Both the position numbers and the translations under genes were made by a program. Below are positions 55,076-64,000 of a stretch of 64,000 nt of DNA, piece after piece (position 1 is the stretch's first letter; each line of letters starts with the position of its first letter). The stretch is from assembly GCA_000092065.1 (NCBI GenBank), contig CP000590.1, one strand, 5' to 3'. A model generated the notes under the pieces. That model was not told the DNA's origin. It saw only the letters and a list, made by a program, of their open reading frames with translations, and searched no databases. The DNA comes from Ostreococcus lucimarinus. Its lineage: Eukaryota.

Positions 55076-57128
55076 GGCGTCGCGATATCACGGGCGACGT
55101 CGCGCGAACCAAGCCCATCGCGAACCAGCCCAACCCATCGCGTCGCACGCGCGCGCGCCATTCGACCGCGCGTGCGCGCCGTCGCGCGGCGATAGCGACA
55201 ACGCTTTCATGCGCGTCGACGGCGATGACTCGGCCCGCGTCGTCGCGCGTCGTCGTCGTCGTCGCGCGCGCTCGAGCGACAAAATGCGCGCCGACACCGA
55301 GGTCGTTGCGTCGTCGTCGTCGCGCGTCGTCGTGCGCGTCTTCGTGCCGCACGATCATCTGCGACGGACGTGGATGCGACAGTCGCGAACGGGTGATACC
55401 GCGGCGCCGGTGCCGCTGGACGTGTACGGGACGCGACGGGCGAGGGGAGATGGTCGAGGCGCGGATGTCGTGGCGTGGCGGGCGACGGAACGACCGCGTC
55501 GGAGACGACGCGATCGAGGCGCGCATGGAGCGCAGGAAGAAGGCGGGCGTGTGAAAAAGCTCGTTCGTGTCATGGAAATCGTGTTCGGGGACGACGACGA
55601 CGACGATGACGAAATGGGTGACGACGACGACGAGTGCGCGTGCTTCGTGACGATGCGCGTGGGACGCGCGTGGGATGAGGCGCCTCGCGCGTCTGCGCGC
55701 GTTCGGCGACCGGACGGACGGTGGGTGCGCGCGGATAACGCGGTAGTGATATTGTGTCCAATGCCGGACCCACCGTTGATGGTGATGACATTGGGAGGGG
55801 ATTATGTCTCCGAGGACGGCGCGGCGTGCGCGTTCGAGCTCGCGTTGGCGGATTTGAACGACGCTGGCCGAGCGGCGAACGGATTCGTGGAGCACGACGT
55901 TGGGTCCAGCTCGTCTGCGCCCTCATCATTGTCGATCGTGTCGCGCGCGATCGTCGCCGTGATCGATGCGGCGTTGCGAGGCTTGGATTACAAGTGCATC
56001 AAAAGTCTCGGCACCGAGGCGCGATGGGGCGGCGGCGTGACGACGCGAAGCGTGTGCGAGGTGTCCGCCAGCGCGTGCGTCTTGCGCGCGCGTTTAGTGC
56101 TCGCTCGCTCGCTTCTCGTCCGTGATGGTATGGATTGGCGACGATCTAGTAGACTTGATAAGCGCCGTCTCGTGGCGCGCGCGGTGCAAGTTGCCGTCGA
56201 CATCTTCGCGGGCGTTTGCGTCGCACGCGTGCGCGACTCGCGTGATGTGTCGTTCGCGCTCGAGCGTGTCGCCGTCGGTGGCTGGGGCACTCGACCGGGA
56301 TCGCGAGATCTTCTCGGCACACGAGTCATAGAGACTAACGCGCGATGGATCTCCCACGGCGATCCGCTCGGCGTCAAGTTGCACGTGCCGTTGGCTCGGG
56401 CTCTGGGATCGCTCGGCGTCGGCTTCGCGAGCACGCTCTCCGGCGCCTATGAATCCAGCAGCGCGGTCAAAGCGTACCTCGGTTTCGTGTCGTTTTCGCT
56501 TCGACACGGCGGTATATTCGGAGCTTCCATGGTGTTCGCCATCGCCGCGGACACGATGACGATATTTACCTCGCACATCAGCGCCCTGCACGTGTACAGC
56601 TCGCTCTTCATCACCGCCCAGCTGCGATGCGTGCGATTTCTCTATCGACGCTTCATCAACCCGAAGCTACCACCGAAAGGTTTCAAGGCCCCGCTCGCGG
56701 ATGCCCGACCGCGCACGGTCGAAGAAGTCGTCGTGGGCACACTCACGTTACCACCGCTCTTGCTGCTCTTTCCCACGGTATTCTTCTATTACATGTCGTA
56801 CTTGGTTCTCCACGCGGGCACCGTGCTCGTGCGCTTGGTCATGGTATTCGCTGCGTCGACGCTTCTCGCGTTCCCGACCGACGACGTCCTCGTGCGTCTG
56901 TGGACCCCCTACGCGTTTCCGCAGAGCGTTGACTTGCGCACTCGAGCCTTGCACGGCGTCGAATTCGCCACAATCGTCCCCACCTGTCGATCCTTCGGCG
57001 ACGTCTTGCAACCGTTCGCTCGCCAAGCGGGCGCTTGGCTTGGCGCGGTGGCCGTCGCCGTCGCTCGAGCGTGCGCGACGTGCGGACGATTTCCCCTGGC
57101 ACTAGTTCCGTTCTCTCGAGCGTATTGA
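55068..57128 (+). CDS. GPI1/PIG-Q-like protein (GPI-GlcNAc transferase complex subunit), tentative; true start probably downstream of 55068
   Basis: C-terminal hydrophobic Gpi1-like region LHVYSSLFITAQLRCVRFLYRRFINPKLPP...LTLPPLLLLFPTVFFYYMSYLVLHAGTVLVRLVMVF. The ORF's first codons overlap the COX19 start on the other strand, so a downstream Met (for example near 55208 or 55372) is more likely. Confidence 0.4.
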   Translation: MDMASRYHGRRRANQAHREPAQPIASHARAPFDRACAPSRGDSDNAFMRVDGDDSARVVARRRRRRARSSDKMRADTEVVASSSSRVVVRVFVPHDHLRRTWMRQSRTGDTAAPVPLDVYGTRRARGDGRGADVVAWRATERPRRRRRDRGAHGAQEEGGRVKKLVRVMEIVFGDDDDDDDEMGDDDDECACFVTMRVGRAWDEAPRASARVRRPDGRWVRADNAVVILCPMPDPPLMVMTLGGDYVSEDGAACAFELALADLNDAGRAANGFVEHDVGSSSSAPSSLSIVSRAIVAVIDAALRGLDYKCIKSLGTEARWGGGVTTRSVCEVSASACVLRARLVLARSLLVRDGMDWRRSSRLDKRRLVARAVQVAVDIFAGVCVARVRDSRDVSFALERVAVGGWGTRPGSRDLLGTRVIETNARWISHGDPLGVKLHVPLARALGSLGVGFASTLSGAYESSSAVKAYLGFVSFSLRHGGIFGASMVFAIAADTMTIFTSHISALHVYSSLFITAQLRCVRFLYRRFINPKLPPKGFKAPLADARPRTVEEVVVGTLTLPPLLLLFPTVFFYYMSYLVLHAGTVLVRLVMVFAASTLLAFPTDDVLVRLWTPYAFPQSVDLRTRALHGVEFATIVPTCRSFGDVLQPFARQAGAWLGAVAVAVARACATCGRFPLALVPFSRAY

Positions 57129-57219
57129 TTTATTAGCCATCGTAGCGCGTTGTAGTCGTAGTCAACGTCAATCGCCGCCGCGTTCGCCGCAAGCCGCGCG
57201 AGCGAGCACCCTGTCCTCA

Positions 57220-58851
57220 GTGCTCGACGCCCGCGAGTTCGCGCGCGAGGCGAAAAGTCGTTCGTCCGAACGCGCTCGACTTGAACGCGAGTGCGTGCGT
57301 GCTCGAGCGCCGTCTGTGTCGCCCTCCGCGCGCGCGCGCGACGTAACACCCCCGTCGAGCGCGATGGACGGGGCGTTGGGCTTTTTGTCATCCCTGCTCG
57401 ATCGTGGACTTGGTCGAGGGCAAGAGACGACGGATCCGATCACCACGCGGCCGGTGAATACGTACGGGAGCGACGGGAGCGACGGGAGCGATGGAGCGAA
57501 GACGCGGCGGCGAGCGCGACCGGCGGCGCCGAAACCGACGCTGAGCGAAGAAGACGAGCGACGGTCGACGTACATTGAGAACGCGAAATACTTGTTGATC
57601 ACGTGCGTGGTGTGGGTGCACGCTTTGGATGACTTTTTAGCGACAGCCACGATCGTGAATGCCGAGAGCGCGAGCGTGCGGCGAACTAAACTCGACGTGA
57701 TGGAGCCGGCGTTGCCGTGGATTCGAGCGCTCTATCTCACGCTGGCGACGTTTAGCATGCCTCTTTTTACCGCTCTGGCGGGATTCCAGAGCAAGTCGTG
57801 GTTGGAAATCGCGAGAGGATACGACGCCAACGCCTCGGTGATGCTCGCGCGCGTGCAAAAGTCGACGTCCACGCTGATAGGAGGGTGGGTGTTTTGGCAA
57901 GCGTTGTACGTCGCGGTGTCGTATTCAGACGTATCACCGCTGCAATGGTGGTCACCCGTCGGCGTCACGTGGTTCCTGATCGCACTGTGGGTGTGGCGAA
58001 ACAGCGTATTACTCCTTGGGGCGCTGAGAGATAGCACAATCTACGCAATCGTGTGCGTATTAGCCATCGCCGTCGGTTTCACTGATACGCCGTCGACGAA
58101 GAATGGATTGGCGTTTTTGGATTGGCAACGCGTGTGCGCATACGCCATATACTTCTACGCTGGGTTAGTTTTAGTAAAGCGTGAGCACGTGGACGAGATT
58201 TTGAGGCGATTCATGCATCTTAGCAGGCCTTGGATGCGCTTCGCCGCGGGATATGGCGTTCTCGGCGTCGTTTTTGGCGCGTTTATGCTGTCGGATGTTC
58301 TCGGCGAGCCTTTCGGCGAAGTGCAAGAGTGGCTGCTCGTCGTCTCTCCTTATGGGGTAACCAAGTGGTACCATCCGATCATCGAGGCCCTTTGGCGCGT
58401 CGTGCTTTATCTCGTCGTCGCTTTGGCCTCAGTGGCGTTCATGAGCGTCGTGCCGACGGAGGAGTACTTCTTCACGGAATTGGGATCGCGGACGCTCACA
58501 GCCTATTTGCTTCATCGCGTGTTCCTCACGACTTACACCGACATCACGACCAAGTTTTGGGACGATGATGACATCGATGTCGCGTTCCAAATCACCATGG
58601 GCGTCTTCATGTTACCCCTACTAGTGTCTCAAGTGTGCTTGACCAGAGCCGTGACGACATTTTGCGCGCCCCTCGTCGACCCTGCGTCGCGAATGGCGGA
58701 GACGATGCCGTGGATTTTTCACGCTCGATACGACGCTTACGACACGACGGAAGAAGAAGAGATCATCGACGTCGCCGCTCGCGATGGTATCGAGACACCG
58801 CTCGATCCTACGGATCGCGATGTCGCGCGCTCGTGGCGAAGCGGAGAGTAA
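57220..58851 (+). CDS. Acyltransferase-3 family-like polytopic membrane protein, tentative
   Basis: Ten or more hydrophobic helices (YLLITCVVWVHALDDF, LYLTLATFSMPLFTALAGF, WFLIALWVWRNSVLLLG, IYAIVCVLAIAVGF, AYAIYFYAGLVLV, VVLYLVVALASVAFMSVV...), consistent with OafA/acyltransferase_3 topology. No catalytic motif was verified. Confidence 0.35.
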   Translation: MLDAREFAREAKSRSSERARLERECVRARAPSVSPSARARDVTPPSSAMDGALGFLSSLLDRGLGRGQETTDPITTRPVNTYGSDGSDGSDGAKTRRRARPAAPKPTLSEEDERRSTYIENAKYLLITCVVWVHALDDFLATATIVNAESASVRRTKLDVMEPALPWIRALYLTLATFSMPLFTALAGFQSKSWLEIARGYDANASVMLARVQKSTSTLIGGWVFWQALYVAVSYSDVSPLQWWSPVGVTWFLIALWVWRNSVLLLGALRDSTIYAIVCVLAIAVGFTDTPSTKNGLAFLDWQRVCAYAIYFYAGLVLVKREHVDEILRRFMHLSRPWMRFAAGYGVLGVVFGAFMLSDVLGEPFGEVQEWLLVVSPYGVTKWYHPIIEALWRVVLYLVVALASVAFMSVVPTEEYFFTELGSRTLTAYLLHRVFLTTYTDITTKFWDDDDIDVAFQITMGVFMLPLLVSQVCLTRAVTTFCAPLVDPASRMAETMPWIFHARYDAYDTTEEEEIIDVAARDGIETPLDPTDRDVARSWRSGE

Positions 58852-58926
58852 TTCTCTACTGTAAATCTAAAATCTAAATCTAAACCATCTAAACTCAACG
58901 CTAACGACGCGAACTTGACACGTCGA

Positions 58927-59955
58927 TCATAAATCGAGCTTACCGGTCGCGACGAGCGCGACCCAGATCACGCCGACGACGAGCGCCGAGATGCCGCTCA
59001 CGACGGAGAAGCGAAACGCCACGGCGGCGCTCCTGGGAAGCAAACCGAGAAGAAACGCCAACGCAGTCATCGCTGCGACGCTAGAGACGACGAAACCGAA
59101 AATATACAACGCCACGCGCGTGGAATCTGCGAGAAACGCGGCTGGGAGAACGTAAACCACGCCCGAAACGCCCGAAACGCCGTGCGCGACTCCGACGCCG
59201 AACGCCGCGAATTTACCTTCGCGCGTCGACTCCTCGCCGACCATGTCTCGCATGCGATTCCAAAGCGAACGACGCTCGGAAATCGCTTCGCCGTGGATTT
59301 CGCGCGTACCGTGAACGTCGTTCTTGTGCGCGTGCTCGTGGGAGACTCCCAATGCGTGCGCCTCGGCGTGTGCGGCGCTCCCCGCCACGACGACGACGGC
59401 GACGGCGTTCCGCGCGCCCGCCGTCGCGCCATCCTCGGCGTGCGCCAGATCGTCATCGCGCGCCGCTTCATCTTCGACGTGCGCCTTGGCGTGCCTTTGT
59501 TTTCGGTCCCATCGCCACGCGCTCCTTAACGTCGCCAATCCTAACCAAATCATCGCGAACCCGACGACGAAGTCGCTCGCCGCCCCCAGCGCGTCTTCGT
59601 CCACTCGGTCTTCGCACGCCAACACGATTCCACCCACGAGCGCGAGCCCTAGGGCGTGTCCCGAGCCCCATCGCGCGCCTTGTCTCGCGCACGCCCACGC
59701 GAGGTCGCGTCGACGACGCGCGTCGTCTTCGTCGTCGTCGTCGTCGCCGTCCGCCAACCGTCGCGCCCGTTCGACGCGTCGCGCGCTCGTCGCCACCGCG
59801 AACACGCCCGCCAAGTGATCGGGTCCCGTGAGCGCGTGTAACGTCCCCGCGATGAGCGCTAATCCGAACGCTTCGCCCGCCGACGCATCGCGTAGCGCGC
59901 GCGACGCCCCGCCCATGGCGCGACGCTTTATGACCGCCCGCCCGAACGCCCGCAC
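58927..59955 (-). CDS. NicO/HoxN-like transition-metal (Ni/Co) transporter family membrane protein with a His-rich loop
   Basis: TM1 motif LHALTGPDHLAGV (compare HoxN/NicO GxxHAxDADH); a central His-rich loop HAKAHVEDE...HAEAHALGVSHEHAHKNDVHGTREIHGE; a second half VAHGVSGVSGVVYVLP. Confidence 0.5.
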   Translation of the reverse strand: MRAFGRAVIKRRAMGGASRALRDASAGEAFGLALIAGTLHALTGPDHLAGVFAVATSARRVERARRLADGDDDDDEDDARRRRDLAWACARQGARWGSGHALGLALVGGIVLACEDRVDEDALGAASDFVVGFAMIWLGLATLRSAWRWDRKQRHAKAHVEDEAARDDDLAHAEDGATAGARNAVAVVVVAGSAAHAEAHALGVSHEHAHKNDVHGTREIHGEAISERRSLWNRMRDMVGEESTREGKFAAFGVGVAHGVSGVSGVVYVLPAAFLADSTRVALYIFGFVVSSVAAMTALAFLLGLLPRSAAVAFRFSVVSGISALVVGVIWVALVATGKLDL

Positions 59956-60168
59956 GACCTCGTGCCTAGGGTTGTGCTTTTTTCAGTTCAACCAGTGCGA
60001 TAGTGCGATGCCTGTGCTGGGTGCTGCTGCGAACTACTCGTGACAAGGACGACGGCGGCGGCGCGGAAGACGCGGCGACAACACACCTGTCGTCGTCGTC
60101 GCGTTTGAACGCGTGCGCTAGAGTGCTACAACTTACTATCTATCTACATATTCATTCGCAACCAACTT

Positions 60169-60900
60169 TTATTCGCCGTCCAAGAGTTCGTCAAGCCAAT
60201 CATCGTCGTTCGCGACGACGGGTTTCGGTGGTGCCGTCGGCTCGACGATTGGTCTCATTTCGTGTTTATGCCGCTCTTCGACGACCTCGGACGCCTCGCT
60301 CTGTGCACCCCGACCGTCGCCGTCTACGAATTCGTCGTACTCGTCGCTCAAACCGAGCAAACGCGCCAATCCGAGCGAGTTCAAATGTGCGCGTATATCG
60401 TCGCGATCGAGCGTCATCGCCTCGGCGATATCCTTCGCAACCGTTGACGTCGACGCTCGCGCGTTCGCGCCGTGCAGTAATAATCTTTCCGCGTCTTGAA
60501 GCGCGTCCACGCTCCAACTCGCGTCGAAGTGCGCCGCCGCCGCGCGCGGTCGAGGCAAACACTGCGTCGCGGCATCGCGCAAGAGTTCGTCTAAATCCGC
60601 CCCGCGCGACATCGCGCGGTCGTCTTCGTCGTCATCGCGCGTCTCCTCGTCCTCCCTCACATCATCACCGCGTCGCCGTTCGTCTTTGCTTCGCCTTTGC
60701 GTCGTCGACGTTGCGTCGCCTTCGCTTCGCCTTTGTGTCATCGTCGTCGTCGTCATCGTCGGTGTGCGCTGCCATCGCTTGTCGAGTCGTTTGCGCTGTT
60801 CGAAACGCGCGCGCGCGTCTCGTTTACGATCGTCCATGCGCGCGAAGACGCGCCGCCGTGTGCGGCGCGTCGCCGCCCAATCGGGACGCGCGCGCATCAT
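60169..60900 (-). CDS. Hypothetical acidic protein
   Basis: 243-aa ORF with a basic N-terminus, a D/E-rich middle and a C-terminus ...VVANDDDWLDELLDGE. It is followed by an AT-rich 3' region (taaaagttggttgcgaatgaatatgtagatag). Confidence 0.35.
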   Translation of the reverse strand: MMRARPDWAATRRTRRRVFARMDDRKRDARARFEQRKRLDKRWQRTPTMTTTTMTQRRSEGDATSTTQRRSKDERRRGDDVREDEETRDDDEDDRAMSRGADLDELLRDAATQCLPRPRAAAAHFDASWSVDALQDAERLLLHGANARASTSTVAKDIAEAMTLDRDDIRAHLNSLGLARLLGLSDEYDEFVDGDGRGAQSEASEVVEERHKHEMRPIVEPTAPPKPVVANDDDWLDELLDGE

Positions 60901-60947
60901 TCGGCGACGCGCAACGGGAGGCGACGACGGTGCGCGCGGTGCGAAGC

Positions 60948-61361
60948 ATGGACGCTACGATCGGGCACGGGGTGATATGTACCCTGGACGAGTGCGCACG
61001 CCGCGCCAAGGAGGCGGACGGGCACGAAGTTTCGATTCGCACGTTGGGAGTGCTCGAGCGTTTCGATACTGACACCGAGCGCGGGACGCTGCGAGCGACG
61101 TCGAAGAGTGCGTCTGGTGCTGACGACGTACACATCGACGTTGACTTCAGCGCCGTGCGACGAGACGAGGACAGCGCGTTCGATGGCGCCGTTCGCACCG
61201 GATCGCGCGTGTGCGTCATTGGCGAGGCGAGACGCGTCGGCGACGAAGCACTGTTTGAGATACGCGCGCGCGTCGTGCGCGCGATGGATGGGTTGGACAT
61301 GCGCGCGTACGGAAAGGCGTTGGAAATCCGCCGAAAATTCCTGGGCGAAACGCCGCCGTAG
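60948..61361 (+). CDS. Small OB-fold-like protein resembling TEN1 (CST telomere-capping complex subunit), tentative
   Basis: 137 aa: MDATIGHGVICTLDECARR...VSIRTLGVLERFDTDTERGTLRAT...GSRVCVIGEARRVGDEALFEIRARVVRAMDGLDMRAYGKALEIRRKFLGE. The C-terminal DG.DM..Y.K..E.RRKFL helix and overall size match TEN1 proteins. Only the 3' part of ORF 60003..61361 is used. Confidence 0.4.
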   Translation: MDATIGHGVICTLDECARRAKEADGHEVSIRTLGVLERFDTDTERGTLRATSKSASGADDVHIDVDFSAVRRDEDSAFDGAVRTGSRVCVIGEARRVGDEALFEIRARVVRAMDGLDMRAYGKALEIRRKFLGETPP

Positions 61362-61455
61362 CGGTGGCGAGCGAGTCGACGGAGAGGCGTCGCGACGACG
61401 CGTAGAACGTAGAGTAGACGAATAGATAAATATGTAGCCCTCGTAGCTTTCGTCA

Positions 61456-61911
61456 TTACATTGATCGACGATACTTGGCGTATACCGCGAGCGCCCCGCA
61501 CGCGATGATGGCCCCAGCGCACGCGCCCAACGCGAGCGTCGTCGCCGTGTGCCGCGCGCGCGCCGCGACCATTTCGTCCAAATCGCGTTCGAGTTTCGCG
61601 ACGCGTTCGGCGCGACCTTCGCTCTTCATCGAGCGATTCTTTTCCGCTCTCAGCGCCGCGCTCGCGACTTCTAACTGCGCGCGGACTTCCGCCAGCTCCA
61701 CCGCGAGCGAGTCCGGATTCGTCGGTGAAGCGAGTTCGGCTTCGAGCTGCACCACGCGCTTCTCGAGCGCCTTGACGTTGCGCTTAGCCTCTTCAGACTC
61801 TTCCTTGTACTGCGCGACGACGAGGGACGCGAAGACTCGTTGCGTCAGTCTCGGATTTGATTCGCACCATCGCGTTCGTTCGTCGTCCTCAGACGGTCGT
61901 CGTTCATTCAA
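61456..61911 (-). CDS. Hypothetical coiled-coil, tail-anchored membrane protein
   Basis: Coiled region EESEEAKRNVKALEKRVVQLEAELAS...LAEVRAQLEVASAALRAEKN and a C-terminal TM LALGACAGAIIACGALAVYAKYRRSM. The stop is followed by AT-rich sequence. Confidence 0.4.
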   Translation of the reverse strand: MNERRPSEDDERTRWCESNPRLTQRVFASLVVAQYKEESEEAKRNVKALEKRVVQLEAELASPTNPDSLAVELAEVRAQLEVASAALRAEKNRSMKSEGRAERVAKLERDLDEMVAARARHTATTLALGACAGAIIACGALAVYAKYRRSM

Positions 61912-62391
61912 ATCGCGTCGTCGTCACACCCACCTTGTTTCTCGACTCCATGAGCGCGGCGTATTTTTGCTTCAGCACGCTCGTCCCCACGGAAGCGCTC
62001 TTCGAGAACGTCTTCGACGGACTCGTCGTCGTCGTCGTCGTTCGTTCTTCGTCGTTCTCCTTATCGTTCGAGCTCATCGTGTCTCGGCGTCGCGCGATGA
62101 CGTCCGTCGCGCGCAGCAGCTGTCGGTCGTCGGAATTTTGAAAATCACCAGGTGTGTGATTGGACTGTGCCCGAACGCGCGATACTCGCGAGCGCGCGTC
62201 ACACGGCGACGGCGATCGTCGCGAGTTGCGCGGCGCTCGCACATGCGTCGTGGGATGACTCGAACGACGACGAGTCAGCGTCGCGCGTCGACGTCGGGGC
62301 GCAGAGACGCGTTCGAAGGCGCGTACGAACGAGAAGACGATGATGATGGGACGTACGACGACGCCGACGACGCCGATTCCGACGGTGAGTG

Positions 62392-63607
62392 GATGGATTA
62401 CGACGACGAGGTCGATCGAGTGAGCTTTCTCGCGTCTACGACGTTCCGTTCGAGCGCTGCGTCGAGCGAGCGGCGCGCGCGAGCGGCGAGGCGGCGAGGC
62501 GGCGACTCGGAGAGGTGCGGGTGCGCTTCGGGAGCGGTGGCGGCGTGTTTATTGGTATTAGGAGTGAGTTCTATCGGGAGAGCATCGTATTCAAACGTGC
62601 TCGCTAGACAGCGAGAAGCGTACGCGCGAGTGGTGGAGGCTTGGGACGACGGTGAACGCGAAAAGTTTGCTCGCGTTAAATTTGAGTGGGCGCTCGTCGC
62701 CGACGCCGAGCAGCCGACGTGGGTGTCGACGCGAGCGGTGACGACGCGCACGAAGGAGGGTGTGAATTTCGGCGTCGCGACGTATGAACCGTTGCGATAC
62801 GCGTTGGAGGGGGGTGATTTGCTCGAGGCGTTTGGCATTCCTTCGCTCATACGAGACGGCGTGCTCGACGCGAGAGACGCGCCAGATATCCACGACATTC
62901 TTCATCCCGATGCTGACATACATTCGTACACGAGTGGGTATAACAATACCGCGGTCATGGGCGCATTAATGGGCACGCGTGCGTTGAGACTTCGCATAAA
63001 CGACGGCGCGCAAGCTCTGGATGTGCGTAACGTTGAACTTTTCACCAAGGAGTTTCTCCCAATCACGAATTGGAAGACTTGCAAGTACCAACACGCTGGA
63101 TACCCCAACCACGGTGGCTGTGACACTTACAGCGTCATCGATAGAATATGCCTCAAGCTTCAGGCGACTTCTGGCGGGGAGTGGGATTTAGACACGAGCG
63201 GTGGCGGCGCTGGTTGCGAGGCGCGCTCGAGCGAAGACGGCGCCGACGCATACGATCCGATCATTCGTCATCGCATCGTAGCGCCAGTGACGGGTGCGTA
63301 TCCCGCACTTTCTGTCGTACGAAAGACGCTTGCGTTGACGCGCGACGCGGAAACCGCCATATTATTGCGCGCGTCGGATGACCCGCACTTGTGGCTGTTA
63401 AACGCCACCGACGGCACGGCCGCTTTCGCCGCGGCGCAGTCAAGACTGAACGCCGCAGGCATCGCGTTCGTCGTCCTCGCGGCCGTCTTTAGCATTCCCG
63501 CGATTTGTCTATTACTCCCGATGTTGTACGAAAAGTACACGGTGAAAGGTCGCTACGGACGTAGAAGTAGACGGGTAGAACCCGTGCCGCTGCGCGACAT
63601 GGTGTAA
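62392..63607 (+). CDS. Hypothetical membrane protein (N- and C-terminal TM segments), last gene before the telomere
   Basis: In-frame Met after the end of the upstream minus-strand gene. It has an N-terminal TM AVAACLLVLGVSSIG, a long Cys-containing lumenal/extracellular-like region, and a C-terminal TM IAFVVLAAVFSIPAICLLLPML. No recognised domain; the start is uncertain. Confidence 0.35.
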
Positions 63608-63754
63608 AACACACACGTAATTAATACGCGACTCGTCGTCCCCGCGCTAATCAATCGCACGTGGCGCAGGGCTTCTTGAACGAAAGCGTAGAAACATAGA
63701 AAATGATTTGCTCATTTGCGAAGACAACGAAAGACGAAAGAAACGAGTGTTCGC

Positions 63755-64000
63755 GCTAGGGTTTAGGGTTTTAGGGTTTAGGGTTTAGGGTTTAGGGTTT
63801 AGGGTTTAGGGTTTAGGGTTTAGGGTTTAGGGTTTAGGGTTTAGGGTTTAGGGTTTAGGGTTTAGGGTTTAGGGTTTAGGGTTTAGGGTTTAGGGTTTAG
63901 GGTTTAGGGTTTAGGGTTTAGGGTTTAGGGTTTAGGGTTTAGGGTTTAGGGTTTAGGGTTTAGGGTTTAGGGTTTAGGGTTTAGGGTTTAGGGTTTAGGG
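63755..64000 (+). repeat. Telomere: (TTTAGGG)n array, G-rich strand 5'->3' toward the window end
   Basis: About 35 uninterrupted TTTAGGG units (plant/green-algal telomere repeat) with one TTTTAGGG variant at the inner edge. This orientation marks a chromosome right end. Confidence 0.95.

Noticed and set aside
58855-58900. aaatctaaaatctaaatctaaaccatctaaactc heptamer-like repeat, considered as a possible interstitial telomere-like or satellite sequence
   Set aside because: The unit (AAATCTA) is not the telomeric CCCTAAA/TTTAGGG repeat or its complement. The tract is only about 40 bp, in an AT-rich 3'UTR-like spacer between two convergent genes; most likely simple 3'UTR low complexity.

Overview
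This 64 kb window is GC-rich (about 65%), gene-dense nuclear DNA of a green alga. The (TTTAGGG)n telomere, the codon bias and the mostly intronless genes with a few short introns point to a Mamiellophyceae picoalga of the Micromonas/Ostreococcus type. It is a chromosome end: the + strand finishes in a (TTTAGGG)n telomere array at about 63755..64000, and the last ORF stops roughly 150 bp before the array. I can support about 40 protein-coding genes on both strands (mean spacing about 1.5 kb), several arranged as divergent pairs sharing short bidirectional promoters. They are: a P1B heavy-metal ATPase (5' part); TFIIH p52/Tfb2; a CCR4/nocturnin-like EEP nuclease; an LSm/NAA38-like protein; a GT2 glycosyltransferase; an i-AAA FtsH/YME1 protease; pseudouridine-5'-phosphate glycosidase; a metaxin-like protein; a DEAD-box helicase; an ApaG/UVR protein; the Golgi SNARE GOSR1 (one intron); a fasciclin protein; an FGGY sugar kinase; DDB1; an atypical thioredoxin; tRNA-dihydrouridine synthase; PEX7; adenosine kinase; a RanBP2-ZnF/RRM/RGG protein; plastid GAPDH (GapA); UDP-sulfoquinovose synthase SQD1; a Nudix hydrolase; an ER cyclophilin; homomeric acetyl-CoA carboxylase of about 2200 aa (two 5' introns); a DYRK/YAK1 kinase; an EamA transporter; a 2OG-Fe(II) oxygenase; COX19; a GPI1/PIG-Q-like protein; an acyltransferase-3 membrane protein; a NicO-like His-rich metal transporter; and several hypothetical proteins. 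One RNA gene is visible: a nuclear tRNA-Gln(UUG) interrupted by an unusually long 74-nt intron. The most interesting locus is a gene fusing a canonical response-regulator receiver domain to a SPA-like pseudokinase/coiled-coil region and a COP1-type WD40 propeller. A small OB-fold gene with a TEN1 (CST complex)-like C-terminus sits about 2.6 kb from the telomere. The six-frame track is crowded with R/A/G-rich ORFs on non-coding frames. These are GC-content artifacts and are not annotated.
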